Assembly (NCBI GenBank): GCA_042571305.1
Contig: JBHPHS010000001.1
Coordinates: 2,781-66,780 of the forward strand
Length of the DNA: 64,000 nt
Reading direction: 5' to 3'
Source: Patescibacteria group bacterium
GTDB lineage: Bacteria; Patescibacteriota; Microgenomatia; UBA8517
Part shown: positions 35,341 through 46,829 of the stretch, piece after piece
Numbering within the stretch: the first letter of the stretch is position 1
How the letters are laid out: each line of letters opens with the position of its first letter
Made by a program: the position numbers and the translations under genes
Notes under the pieces: generated by a model
Database searches by the model: none
Seen by the model: the letters and a program-made list of their open reading frames with translations, nothing else
What the model was told of the DNA's origin: nothing

Positions 35341-36024
35341 TTATTTCCAAGGGGTGCATTCATTGCCAGGATTATCACAAACATCGTAACATGTTGGGTT
35401 TTGAAAGTTCGGATCACACTCCGGCGCCCCTCTTTCCACGTCCCATAATATTGGAGTACACACCCCACTTCTGCAACCGTAAAAGTCCGTTTCTACCAAA
35501 GGAGGCTCTTCTTCTTCTTCTTCTCCCCCTCCTGATGGGGCAGCTGTGGGGCTTCCACCAGCTACCTGGACAACACTAGGAGCGTTAGGACTTGAAGCAG
35601 AATAATTAAAAGCTCCATTAGGTCCAATATTTGAGATTATGCTTTCATCGTTTTCGTTTTCCAGTTTGGAGTATATTCTGTACCACTGGGGACAAGCCGA
35701 ATCCTGATGATCATAGAAATAGGATGCGTTGGTTCTTGGGTCACAAGGAACCTTGTTTGTGTAAGGCTTTAAGTTTACTCCGGGATTGCAAGCGACATAT
35801 TGAGGTAGGGGATAGCAGTTGTTGTCTTTTTCGTATTCTTCAACTGCAACCTGGATTTTGTGAATATCACCCTTTCTTCTGGCATCGTATCCTTTAAATA
35901 TCTGTGTTCTTGAAGCAAGAACTGAAACAAGAACTAGAAAGGAAAGGATGGAAATTACAATCATCAGCTCAACTAAGGTAAAGCCTTTTTTCAAAATATT
36001 GCCCTTAAAATTGCTTCTCCCCAT
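35341..36024 (-). CDS. pilin with a poly-Glu linker and an 8-Cys C-terminal module
   Basis: KKGFTLVELMIVISILSFLVLV...ARRKGDIHKIQVAVEEYEKDNNCYP is present. The C-terminal tail is GGGEEEEEEPPLVETDFYGCRSGVCTP...CDPNFQNPTCYDVCDNPGNECTPWK. The start is taken at internal Met. Confidence 0.6.
   Translation of the reverse strand: MGRSNFKGNILKKGFTLVELMIVISILSFLVLVSVLASRTQIFKGYDARRKGDIHKIQVAVEEYEKDNNCYPLPQYVACNPGVNLKPYTNKVPCDPRTNASYFYDHQDSACPQWYRIYSKLENENDESIISNIGPNGAFNYSASSPNAPSVVQVAGGSPTAAPSGGGEEEEEEPPLVETDFYGCRSGVCTPILWDVERGAPECDPNFQNPTCYDVCDNPGNECTPWK
35506..35525 (-). repeat. (GAA)5GAG trinucleotide repeat (plus strand CTTCTT...) encoding the EEEEEE linker
   Basis: This is a perfect tandem triplet run inside the pilin CDS. 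Confidence 0.7.
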
Positions 36025-36719
36025 AAGTAGGAAATTACCAAAGAAACTATTAAAAAAGGACCAAAGGCAATTTTGTCCTTCAATCCTGCTTTCCTTGTCA
36101 AAATCAGTATGATTGCCACCAGCGCACCTGTCAAGAAAGACAAAAACAGCCAAATAACAAATAGTGGATAGCCTAAAATAATCCCTGCTAAAATAGCAAA
36201 CTTAACATCCCCCAATCCCATTCCTTTACCGCGGGTAACAAGATGAATCAAAAGCAAAAATACAGCCGCCAAAAATCCACTTAAAAGATGGCTGTATAAC
36301 CCTGAAAAATCAGTGATTAAAAAAACCGTTAAAACCAAAAAAGACGTAACAAACACAAATTCATCAGGAATAATTCTTTCTTCTATATCCATGACAAACA
36401 GTGAAATTAAAACAATAAAAACAAGGTAAATATAAAAAGGAAGGGTCATTAAATGAATTGCCAAAAAACCCAGTGCACAAGAAATTTCAATTAGGGGATA
36501 TCTGATACTTATCTTTTTCTTACAACTTCTGCATTTTGCACCGAGTAAAGAAAAAGAAATTAATGGAATATTGTCATAAAAAGAAATATTACTTCTACAT
36601 TTAGGACAAAAGGAACGTCCCGAAACAAAGTTAATACCTCGCGGATATCTAAAGGAGACCGCCGAAACAAAGGAACCAACTAAGGCCCCCATTAGAGCAT
36701 AAAGAAGATTAACAAACAT
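35991..36719 (-). CDS. pilD: prepilin peptidase (A24 family) with N-terminal Zn-binding CxxC...CxxC
   Basis: CPKCRS...CRSCKK and the catalytic Asp region GMGLGDVKFAILAGIILG are present, with eight TM helices. Confidence 0.8.
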   Translation of the reverse strand: MFVNLLYALMGALVGSFVSAVSFRYPRGINFVSGRSFCPKCRSNISFYDNIPLISFSLLGAKCRSCKKKISIRYPLIEISCALGFLAIHLMTLPFYIYLVFIVLISLFVMDIEERIIPDEFVFVTSFLVLTVFLITDFSGLYSHLLSGFLAAVFLLLIHLVTRGKGMGLGDVKFAILAGIILGYPLFVIWLFLSFLTGALVAIILILTRKAGLKDKIAFGPFLIVSLVISYLWGEAILRAIF

Positions 36720-37333
36720 TACTCAGGTACACAAACGTAGCAACCAAGAGTAGACCAGTCAACGGATGAAGTTGCGCACAATGTCGTAGCGGCGGGTACC
36801 CCGTTTGTGTCGAAAGATTTACTTCTCACCTTTTCTTCTTCGATTGCTTTGTCTCTGTTGGATTTGGCCAAAGGAACAAAACAGGTATAAACGCTTGACG
36901 AAGAACCCGAAGCCTTGCCTACATAAATTTTCTTATCCTCAGCACCAGTTGTATCGGTAATCCAGTCCCTACTTAAAAAGGCATTCTTTAACTCTTGACT
37001 TGTTATTAAAAGACCTTGCGAAGAACATGACGAATCTCCACAAAGCCCTACCGCATCATCCTCGGCCGAGACAAAATCAAATGGATCCTCTGACGTGGTC
37101 GTACAGCTAGCACCGAGACAACCCTCCCAAGGAAATTTACTGTGTGAAGCATAATATCTGTCAATTGCCGAAAGAAGCTGTGCACTATCTGCTTTAAACC
37201 TTGCATCTCTGGCTCTGTTTGTTTGTTCAATAGGGTTAATGGCTGCAATTACAATAAGAGCAATCGCACCAAGAAGAGCAATAACTATTAGAAGTTCAAC
37301 AAGCGTAAAACCCTTAGACAGATACTTTTTCAT
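36719..37333 (-). CDS. pilA: type IV pilin (probable major pilin, adjacent to pilC/pilD)
   Basis: MKKYLSKGFTLVELLIVIALLGAIALIVIAAI is followed by a Cys-containing C-terminal domain. Confidence 0.65.
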   Translation of the reverse strand: MKKYLSKGFTLVELLIVIALLGAIALIVIAAINPIEQTNRARDARFKADSAQLLSAIDRYYASHSKFPWEGCLGASCTTTSEDPFDFVSAEDDAVGLCGDSSCSSQGLLITSQELKNAFLSRDWITDTTGAEDKKIYVGKASGSSSSVYTCFVPLAKSNRDKAIEEEKVRSKSFDTNGVPAATTLCATSSVDWSTLGCYVCVPE

Positions 37334-37355
37334 CTACTTAATTAAGTATGTATAT

Positions 37356-38561
37356 TTAAAACTGGCTTGTCAAGTTGTATATAGGCAAAATTATTGCAAT
37401 TACCAAAAATCCCACACCCAAACCCAAAATAACCATTACAATAGGCTCAATCGCACTTGTTAAGGTTTTAACTTTTTGATCACTTTCAACCTCAAATATG
37501 TGACTTACCTTAGCTAACACATCATCCATCTTACCGGTTTCCTCACCTACAGCAATCATTTGAGAAAGTATATAAGGGAAAGCATCGGGATGCCTTGCAA
37601 AAGCAAAAGCAACAGGAAATCCCTTTTCAACCTGCTTAGCCGCATCTTTTAGAGCATCAGATATTACCGTGTTTGAAATAACTGAGGCGGTTATATTTAA
37701 TCCTTCCAAAATTGAAACTCCCGATCCAACCATCAAAGAAAGTGTTCTTGTTAGTTCTGTTAATAAAATTTGTCGGGAAAGCTCACCAAAGATGGGTATT
37801 TTAAAAGCCCATTCATCAGTTTTTCTTCTACCAGCTTTGGTTTTTCTATAGGCTTGATATCCGTAAGCACCAGCACCAATAAGAACCAAGACCACAGGCC
37901 AAAATTTGGTTGTTAGGTTTGAGGTTCCAATTAAAATCCTTGTAGGTAAAGGAAGTGTTGCATCAAATTCTCCATAAAGAGAGGTCAGTCTTGGAATTAC
38001 AAAAATCATCATAATAAAAGAAACCACGATCATTCCTACAATAATAATTACCGGATAGATCAAGGCACCTTTTACCTTTCCTTTGAATTCCTGATTTTTC
38101 TCCATGTCATCGGCAAGCCTGATCAGTACTTTATCCATAACCCCTCCTACCTCACCGGATTTTATAAGAGCGATATAGGTAGGTGAAAATATTTTTTTGT
38201 GTCTGGATAATGATCCTGACAAAGAGTCTCCTGCTTCAACATCGGCTAAGATTTGTGCAACCACCTTTTGCATACTTCCTTTTGTTTGGGTACGCAGTAT
38301 AAGAAGTGCCTCGGTAATAGGAAGTCCTGCATTAAACATGGTTGCAAGCTGACGGGTAAAATTTGTAATATCCTCCTGGGTTATTCTGTCTTGTAATTTT
38401 TTAACAAAAGAAAAAATAGAGTCAGTTTTGGGTTTTATGGAAATTACCACAAACCCCTTTTGTTTTACAAGCTTAGCGGCGTGGCTTGGGGATGTTGCTT
38501 CTACCTCTCCGGTAACCAATCTCCCGTTTGAATCTTTGGCTTTGTAGTTATATCTTTTCAC
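37356..38561 (-). CDS. pilC: type IV pilus platform protein PilC/GspF
   Basis: Two T2SS-F repeats and three TM segments are present in a 401 aa protein. Confidence 0.8.
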   Translation of the reverse strand: MKRYNYKAKDSNGRLVTGEVEATSPSHAAKLVKQKGFVVISIKPKTDSIFSFVKKLQDRITQEDITNFTRQLATMFNAGLPITEALLILRTQTKGSMQKVVAQILADVEAGDSLSGSLSRHKKIFSPTYIALIKSGEVGGVMDKVLIRLADDMEKNQEFKGKVKGALIYPVIIIVGMIVVSFIMMIFVIPRLTSLYGEFDATLPLPTRILIGTSNLTTKFWPVVLVLIGAGAYGYQAYRKTKAGRRKTDEWAFKIPIFGELSRQILLTELTRTLSLMVGSGVSILEGLNITASVISNTVISDALKDAAKQVEKGFPVAFAFARHPDAFPYILSQMIAVGEETGKMDDVLAKVSHIFEVESDQKVKTLTSAIEPIVMVILGLGVGFLVIAIILPIYNLTSQF

Positions 38562-38568
38562 TTTTTAT

Positions 38569-39627
38569 CTAAGCTGTCCTCATTAAGCGAGATATTTCTT
38601 CAGGTCTTAAGGACCAGCTTTGGGCAGTTTCCATAGCAATCTTTCCATCCTTAACAAGAGCAATAAGGGATCTTTCTAAAGTGCTCATTCCTGCTTCAAA
38701 CGAGGTCTGAATTATACTATCTATCTGATGTGTCTTTCCTTCTCTTATTGTTGTTTTAATAGCATTTGTTCCAAGCATTACCTCATAGGCAACAACTCTT
38801 CCTTTGGGTTGGGCGGGGATTAATCTTTGGGAAAATACTGCCTCAATCACGTTAGATAGTTGAAGCTTAACCTGACCTTGCTGCTCTTCGGGAAAAACGT
38901 CAACTATTCTGTCAATCGTTTGGGCAGCACTGTTGGTATGAAGTGTTGCAAATACCAAATGTCCTGTCTCAGCAACTGTTAAGGCTGAAGCAATTGTTTC
39001 TTTATCCCTCATCTCTCCAACCAAAACTACATTAGGATCTTCTCTTAATACACTTCTTAGGGCAATCTCCCAAGAGTGTGTATCGCTTCTCATCTCACGC
39101 TGGGAAATTATTGATTTTATGGGTTTAAAAATAAACTCAACAGGGTCTTCAATTGTTACAATGTGCTCTGCACGATTTGTGTTAATTTCATTTAAGATTG
39201 CAGCAAGTGTGGTTGATTTCCCATGACCGGTTGGACCGGTAACCAAAATAAGCCCTTGTCTTAGTGCTGTAAATGTATGAATTATTTTGGGAAGACCTAA
39301 ACTATCAACCGCGGGAATCTCCAAAGGAATTTTCCTAAATGCTGCAGCTAGCGTTCCTCTTTGAGTATAGGCATTTACCCTAAACCTGGCTTTATCCGAA
39401 AAAGCTAGGGCAAAATCAATTTCTTTATTAACCTCCAATCGCTGCAGCTGCTCAGCTTTTAACACCTCCTTTAAGAGTGCAGATATTGTTTCGGGGGTCA
39501 TTACGCCAGCTCCGGAGACGATCGACAATACACCATCAACCCGAACATTGGGTGCCAAACCACTGATTAGATGCAAATCCGAAGCGTTCGCATCAACCGT
39601 GTATTGCAAAAGTTGTTTTATGTTCAT
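38569..39627 (-). CDS. pilT: twitching-motility retraction ATPase PilT
   Basis: ASDLHL, LVTGPTGHGKSTT, HIVTIEDPVEF, REDPNVVLVGEMRD and TGHLVFATLHT are present. Confidence 0.85.
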   Translation of the reverse strand: MNIKQLLQYTVDANASDLHLISGLAPNVRVDGVLSIVSGAGVMTPETISALLKEVLKAEQLQRLEVNKEIDFALAFSDKARFRVNAYTQRGTLAAAFRKIPLEIPAVDSLGLPKIIHTFTALRQGLILVTGPTGHGKSTTLAAILNEINTNRAEHIVTIEDPVEFIFKPIKSIISQREMRSDTHSWEIALRSVLREDPNVVLVGEMRDKETIASALTVAETGHLVFATLHTNSAAQTIDRIVDVFPEEQQGQVKLQLSNVIEAVFSQRLIPAQPKGRVVAYEVMLGTNAIKTTIREGKTHQIDSIIQTSFEAGMSTLERSLIALVKDGKIAMETAQSWSLRPEEISRLMRTA

Positions 39628-39629
39628 AT

Positions 39630-41348
39630 TTATTCCTGGGCAACCCTTAATACCTCCTCAATCGTGGTAACCCCCTCAACCACCTTCAAAAAACCATCCT
39701 GTTTAAGAGAAATCATTCCTTCCTCTTTAGCTGCTTTTTCAATATCTGAGGAAGATGCCCTTTCCAATATAAGCCTACTTATCTTTTCGGTTGTTGGCAA
39801 GACCTCAAACATCCCTATCCTTCCGTAATAACCGGAATTTCCATCCTCGGTATCTCCCGATCCTTTGTATAATTTTACTTCTCCGGATGGGGTCCAAAGA
39901 CCTCCCAAAACTCCCTTTAACTCCTCAACTATCTTTGTGTCAGGAACATATGACACCTTACATGGTTCGTGAATTTTCCTAACAACCCTTTGGGCAACAA
40001 TACAGGTAATAGTCGATGCTAAAAGATAGGGTTCTGCTCCCATATCAAGAAGTCTGGGGAGAGCACCTGATGCATCATTGGTGTGAAGTGTTGAAAAAAC
40101 CAAATGTCCGGTTAAGGCTGCCTGAATTGCCAAGTCGGCGGTTTCTTGGTCTCTTATTTCTCCAACCAATATAATGTTAGGATCTTGTCTTAAAAATGCC
40201 CTTAAACCAGAGGCAAAGGTAAGCCCGACTGCTGGATTAACCTGTACCTGATTTACCCCAGCAATTTTATACTCAATAGGATCTTCTAGTGTAATTATAT
40301 TGACCTTTGGAGTATTAAGTTTAGAAATTATCGAATAAAGTGTTGTGGTTTTACCCGATCCGGTTGGACCACAAATTAATATAATTCCATGAGGCCTTAG
40401 TATGGAATCTTGGAGATTTTTTAAACCCCTTCCTCTAAGGCCCAATTCTGGAAGGTCAGGTACACCTCCGCTTTTTTTCAGAAGTCTCATTACTATCTTT
40501 TCCCCCCAGGTGGTAGGCAAGGAAGAAACACGCAAGTCAACCTCCGCATCCGTACTTTTATAGTTAAATCTCCCGTCTTGTGGAATTCTTTTTTCATCAA
40601 TCTTCATACCCCCCAATATTTTTATTCTGGAAATTAGTGAATCATGAAGTTCTCTGGGAACGGTTAGTTTTTCTTGCAAGATCCCGTCAATGCGGTATCT
40701 TATTCTGGTAATTTTTTCTTCAGGTTCTATATGAATGTCGGATGCTCTTGCTTTCATTGCAAATTCCAAAATATGGCTTACTATCTCGGCTATTTTTTCC
40801 TCCCTGATAAAGCCCCCCTTAGAGCTTTCCAGTATGTTCATTTGCTTTGTTTCAGGTTCTACATCCTTAAGTGCTTCGGTTACCTCTTCTGATAGGGAAG
40901 TGGAGTATTTTGTTTGAATAAAGTCTTCAATTGCGGAAGGATCCGCCGCTTCGGGTTTTACCCTCATTCCAGTTTTTTGCTCAATAAATTCAATAGCGTT
41001 AAGGTTCAAAGGATCTGCCATTGCCAAGGTAATGGTTTTACTCGCTTTATCATAGGCAACTGGAACCACCTTAAACCTTTCAGCAATATCTGTGGAAAGA
41101 GCTGCTAAAGCAACAGGAGAAATAGGTATTTTTGCCAAATTTACATATGGAATGTTATAAAGTTTTGCTTTGGCCTCCGTGAGTTTGCTTTCCGAAACAA
41201 AATTTTCCTTTTTGATTATATCTTCTTGAGAAGTTCCGCTTTCAACCTCTTTAAGTTTAATTTGCTTGGCTTTAGCTTCATCCAAAGCTCCAAGGCTAAG
41301 TAATATATCAACAAGATTATTAGCAGTATTTGCACTCTGAGCAGGCAT
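39630..41348 (-). CDS. pilB: type IV pilus assembly ATPase PilB/GspE
   Basis: An N-terminal GSPII_E_N domain is followed by ILICGPTGSGKTTT, ITLEDPIEY and TGHLVFSTLHT. A CxxC-less Zn region is also seen. Confidence 0.85.
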   Translation of the reverse strand: MPAQSANTANNLVDILLSLGALDEAKAKQIKLKEVESGTSQEDIIKKENFVSESKLTEAKAKLYNIPYVNLAKIPISPVALAALSTDIAERFKVVPVAYDKASKTITLAMADPLNLNAIEFIEQKTGMRVKPEAADPSAIEDFIQTKYSTSLSEEVTEALKDVEPETKQMNILESSKGGFIREEKIAEIVSHILEFAMKARASDIHIEPEEKITRIRYRIDGILQEKLTVPRELHDSLISRIKILGGMKIDEKRIPQDGRFNYKSTDAEVDLRVSSLPTTWGEKIVMRLLKKSGGVPDLPELGLRGRGLKNLQDSILRPHGIILICGPTGSGKTTTLYSIISKLNTPKVNIITLEDPIEYKIAGVNQVQVNPAVGLTFASGLRAFLRQDPNIILVGEIRDQETADLAIQAALTGHLVFSTLHTNDASGALPRLLDMGAEPYLLASTITCIVAQRVVRKIHEPCKVSYVPDTKIVEELKGVLGGLWTPSGEVKLYKGSGDTEDGNSGYYGRIGMFEVLPTTEKISRLILERASSSDIEKAAKEEGMISLKQDGFLKVVEGVTTIEEVLRVAQE

Positions 41349-41372
41349 AATTTATGTTATCATAAAACCGTC

Positions 41373-41960
41373 ATGCATGCATTTTTAATAGTAGGTCCAT
41401 CGGAAACTTCTAAGCAGGAAGAGGTTAAACAACTTATTATAAAACTCAAAGCAACTCGTTTTGATTTCCCACTAGCCAAAATAGCTGATGTCAGAAGTTT
41501 AAACCAATTCAGCCGACTCGGTATTGATAAACCAACAGTGGTTGTGTGTGATGGTTTAAGCCAAGCAACGGAAGAAGCACAAAATGCTTTTTTAAAAAAC
41601 CTGGAAGAGCCTCAGGATAACTTATACTATATGTTAGTAGCTGACTCTTTTAATAATATCCTTCCAACTATTATCTCCCGATGCCAAATAATTAAAGTTA
41701 AAAAACAAAAAACTCAAACAGACAATCAACAAGTAGTGAATTTTTGTAAACTTTCAGTTGGAAAAAAACTAGCGTACATTAATACAATAAAAGAAAGAGA
41801 AAAAGCTAAAGAGTTTGTTGAAAGCTTAATTACATTTTTACATAAAGATGTGGCTAAAAATGGATATAATTTGGAAGTTTCTCTACTTACTTTCAAAAGG
41901 TTAAAGGCAAACGGAAACGTTAATTTTCAACTTGCTAACCTCGTAATTAGCCTTGTTTAA
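41373..41960 (+). CDS. holB: DNA polymerase III delta-prime-like clamp-loader subunit (minimal, no P-loop)
   Basis: HAFLIVGP is followed by AQNAFLKNLEEPQDNLYYMLV and LPTIISRCQ (sensor-1/SRC motif). Confidence 0.45.
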   Translation: MHAFLIVGPSETSKQEEVKQLIIKLKATRFDFPLAKIADVRSLNQFSRLGIDKPTVVVCDGLSQATEEAQNAFLKNLEEPQDNLYYMLVADSFNNILPTIISRCQIIKVKKQKTQTDNQQVVNFCKLSVGKKLAYINTIKEREKAKEFVESLITFLHKDVAKNGYNLEVSLLTFKRLKANGNVNFQLANLVISLV

Positions 41961-42003
41961 GAGGTAAATCAAAGATATAATTAGGTATCTGGGTGTGTTA
42001 TAA

Positions 42004-43965
<1,962 letters not shown>

Positions 43966-44019
43966 TTAATTTACATTTACTTATTGATAATAAAAAAGCA
44001 TTAAATTAAAATAAGCGCT

Positions 44020-46128
44020 ATGTCGTCTTTGACATCAAACATTTTTTTGACAACGATTCTCTCCTTTTCCATTGCTGGAATTTTTGTAGCTTTTTGGCTT
44101 GCTAAACAGGTTCTTTCCAAAGAAGGGGGAGATAAGAAAATGGAAGAGGTCGGCCAAGCAATTAAGGAAGGATCAAATGCTTATCTTAAAAGGCAATTTA
44201 AAACAATAGCTCCGATCATTGTTGTTCTTACGGTGTTTTTGTATTTCAGTGCTCCCATTAAAGAACTAGCCGTAGGTCGTGCCGGGGCATTTTTGTTGGG
44301 TGGTATTTTTTCTGCCTTGATTGGAACCATCGGAATGAACATTGCCACACGCGCTAATGTCAAAACAGCACAGGCTGCAAAAAGGAGCTTTGGTGAAGCG
44401 CTATCTTTAGCATTCAGAGCCGGGGCAACCACTGGAATGTTGACCGTAGGACTTGGTCTTTTGGGGGCAACATTAATCTATTGGCATTATGGAAATCTTG
44501 CAACCGAAGTTCTTATTGGTTTTGGTTTCGGAGGAAGTTTACTGGCTCTTTTTATGAGGGTTGGTGGTGGAATTTATACGAAGGCGGCTGATGTAGGAGC
44601 TGATTTGGTTGGAAAGGTAGAAAAAGGAATTCCAGAGGATGATCCGAGAAACGCAGCGGTTATAGCCGATCAGGTGGGGGATAATGTCGGAGATTGTGCC
44701 GGAATGGCGGCTGATCTTTTTGAAAGCTATGAGGTAACCTTGGTTGCAGCAATGATATTAGGTGGTGCGACTTTTGGTCTTGCTGGAGTCCTTTTTCCTT
44801 TAGCGGTTAGAGCTTTGGGGATCGCAACATCCATAATTGGAATTATAATGGTTAACCCTAAGGGTAACTCAATTAAAAGTGGTATTAATGCAATACTTTC
44901 GGCTTTCGGAGTAGCAACAGGAATTTCTATCTTGGGCTTCTTTGTTCTTTCCTCCTATATTGTAAGTGATTATCGACTAGCTGTTGCCACCACGGTGGGG
45001 ATAGTTCTTTCAGTTGCAATATTTTTGTTAACCGATTACGCAACAGGGGATCATCAACCAGTAAAGGATATCGTCAAACAAAGTAAAACCGGTCCAGCAA
45101 CTGTAATTTTATCAGGTATGGTTTCTGGCTTTTCTTCATCAGTATGGGCAATTTTGGCAATTGGAGTTACTATTATTGCTTCTTTCCTTCTTTTTAATGA
45201 TCCTTTGACCGCAGCCTACGGAGTAGCTCTTGCCGGGATGGGAATGTTAACAACAACCGGTCTTATTGTATCCATGGACTCTTTTGGTCCTATCGCGGAT
45301 AACGCTCAGGGAATATCAGAGCTTGCTTCAATGAAGGGAAGTGCTCTTTTGGTTTTAAATAAACTTGACTCAATAGGCAACACCACCAAAGCAACCACCA
45401 AAGGTTTTGCAATTGCCTCAGCGGTTATTGCAGCTGTATCTTTGTTTGAATCATTCCTTTCAGACAATCATTTAGTGGGAATTAACATCGCTCACCCCCA
45501 GGTTTTTGTCGGATTCTTAATAGGGGGTGCTATACCTTTCCTTTTCTCATCCTTGACCATCAAGGCTGTTTCTGATTCTGCCTATGCGGTAATCAATGAA
45601 GTAAGGCGTCAGTTTAAAGAAATGCCGGGAATTATGAAAGGTACCCAAAAACCCGATTATGCGAAAGTTGTTGACTTAACTACAAAATCTGCTCTTTCAG
45701 CTTTATTTTCTCCAGCAATTATTGCCATTGTTGTTCCTGTCTTAGTTGGATTTTTACTACGCATTGAGGCACTTGGAGGATACCTTGCTGGAACAATTCT
45801 TACGGGGCAACTTTTGGCAGTATTTATGTCCAATACAGGGGGAGCTTGGGATAATGCCAAGAAAATGATCGAAGCTGGTGCTATGGGAGGAAAAGGCACT
45901 GACAATCATAAGGCTGCTGTTGTTGGAGATACTGTGGGGGATCCTCTAAAAGACACTTCAGGTCCTGCCATGAACCCGCTTATTAAGGTAATGAACTTGG
46001 TTTCAATATTAGCGGCTCCTCTTATTATCACAACAAAGGCATTTTCTCCTCTTTATTGGACCATCGTTATTCCAGGATTTATTCTTCTAATCTTTTCTAT
46101 CTACCGTTCTCAAAAAGTTAGAGTGTAG
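44020..46128 (+). CDS. hppA: membrane-bound H+-translocating pyrophosphatase, K+-independent type
   Basis: GGGIYTKAADVGADLVGKVE, DNVGDCAGMAADLFESY and GNTTKATTKGFAIASA are present, with about 16 TM helices. Confidence 0.85.
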   Translation: MSSLTSNIFLTTILSFSIAGIFVAFWLAKQVLSKEGGDKKMEEVGQAIKEGSNAYLKRQFKTIAPIIVVLTVFLYFSAPIKELAVGRAGAFLLGGIFSALIGTIGMNIATRANVKTAQAAKRSFGEALSLAFRAGATTGMLTVGLGLLGATLIYWHYGNLATEVLIGFGFGGSLLALFMRVGGGIYTKAADVGADLVGKVEKGIPEDDPRNAAVIADQVGDNVGDCAGMAADLFESYEVTLVAAMILGGATFGLAGVLFPLAVRALGIATSIIGIIMVNPKGNSIKSGINAILSAFGVATGISILGFFVLSSYIVSDYRLAVATTVGIVLSVAIFLLTDYATGDHQPVKDIVKQSKTGPATVILSGMVSGFSSSVWAILAIGVTIIASFLLFNDPLTAAYGVALAGMGMLTTTGLIVSMDSFGPIADNAQGISELASMKGSALLVLNKLDSIGNTTKATTKGFAIASAVIAAVSLFESFLSDNHLVGINIAHPQVFVGFLIGGAIPFLFSSLTIKAVSDSAYAVINEVRRQFKEMPGIMKGTQKPDYAKVVDLTTKSALSALFSPAIIAIVVPVLVGFLLRIEALGGYLAGTILTGQLLAVFMSNTGGAWDNAKKMIEAGAMGGKGTDNHKAAVVGDTVGDPLKDTSGPAMNPLIKVMNLVSILAAPLIITTKAFSPLYWTIVIPGFILLIFSIYRSQKVRV

Positions 46129-46733
46129 GCATCTTTCAGTTTAAAGTTTCCAACCCTTATTCTTTGTAAGTCAGTCATATATCCTCCTAAATCTCTGGCA
46201 ATTGATCTTATATAAACACCAGGTCCGGTTATGATTCTTAATTTTAGTGTCGGCCATTTATACTCAATAATTTCAATTTCCTTTATGTAAACCTTGCGGG
46301 GTTTTAGTCTAAAAGTTTTTCCTTTTCTTGCAAGTTTGTATGCTTCTTTTCCTTTTACCTTAACAGCACTGTATAAAGGTGGAGTTTGCATAATTTCTCC
46401 ACTAAAAGTATTGAGTTTATTTTCAATCTCATCTTTTTTCGGAATTTTATCTATTTTAATTGTAGTTTTTTCACCTTCGGAATCATCTGTGGTAGATATC
46501 TTTCCTAATTTTATCTTTGCTATATATTCTTTTTCTTTGACAACCTCCAATGAAAGTTTTTTGGTTGCTTCTCTTCCCACCCCAATTACCAACACACCGG
46601 ATGCCAAAGGATCCAAAGTTCCTGCATGTCCCACCTTTTTAATTCCTGTTTCTTTTTGAATTTTATTAACCACCTGCCTGCTTGTTAAACCTTTTGGTTT
46701 ATTAACAGCAAATATAGCTAATTTATATTTCAT
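46110..46733 (-). CDS. truB: tRNA pseudouridine-55 synthase TruB
   Basis: HAGTLDPLASGVLVIGVGREATK is present. Its 3' end overlaps the hppA 3' end by 19 nt. Confidence 0.8.
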   Translation of the reverse strand: MKYKLAIFAVNKPKGLTSRQVVNKIQKETGIKKVGHAGTLDPLASGVLVIGVGREATKKLSLEVVKEKEYIAKIKLGKISTTDDSEGEKTTIKIDKIPKKDEIENKLNTFSGEIMQTPPLYSAVKVKGKEAYKLARKGKTFRLKPRKVYIKEIEIIEYKWPTLKLRIITGPGVYIRSIARDLGGYMTDLQRIRVGNFKLKDAYTLTF

Positions 46734-46829
46734 TTAACTTATTTTAATACATATTAAGGGTTGTTTTCTCCTTGTTAAGTGATACCTAAAAAGGTAAAAT
46801 TATCTGAGGCTAACAAAGCCTCATTATAA

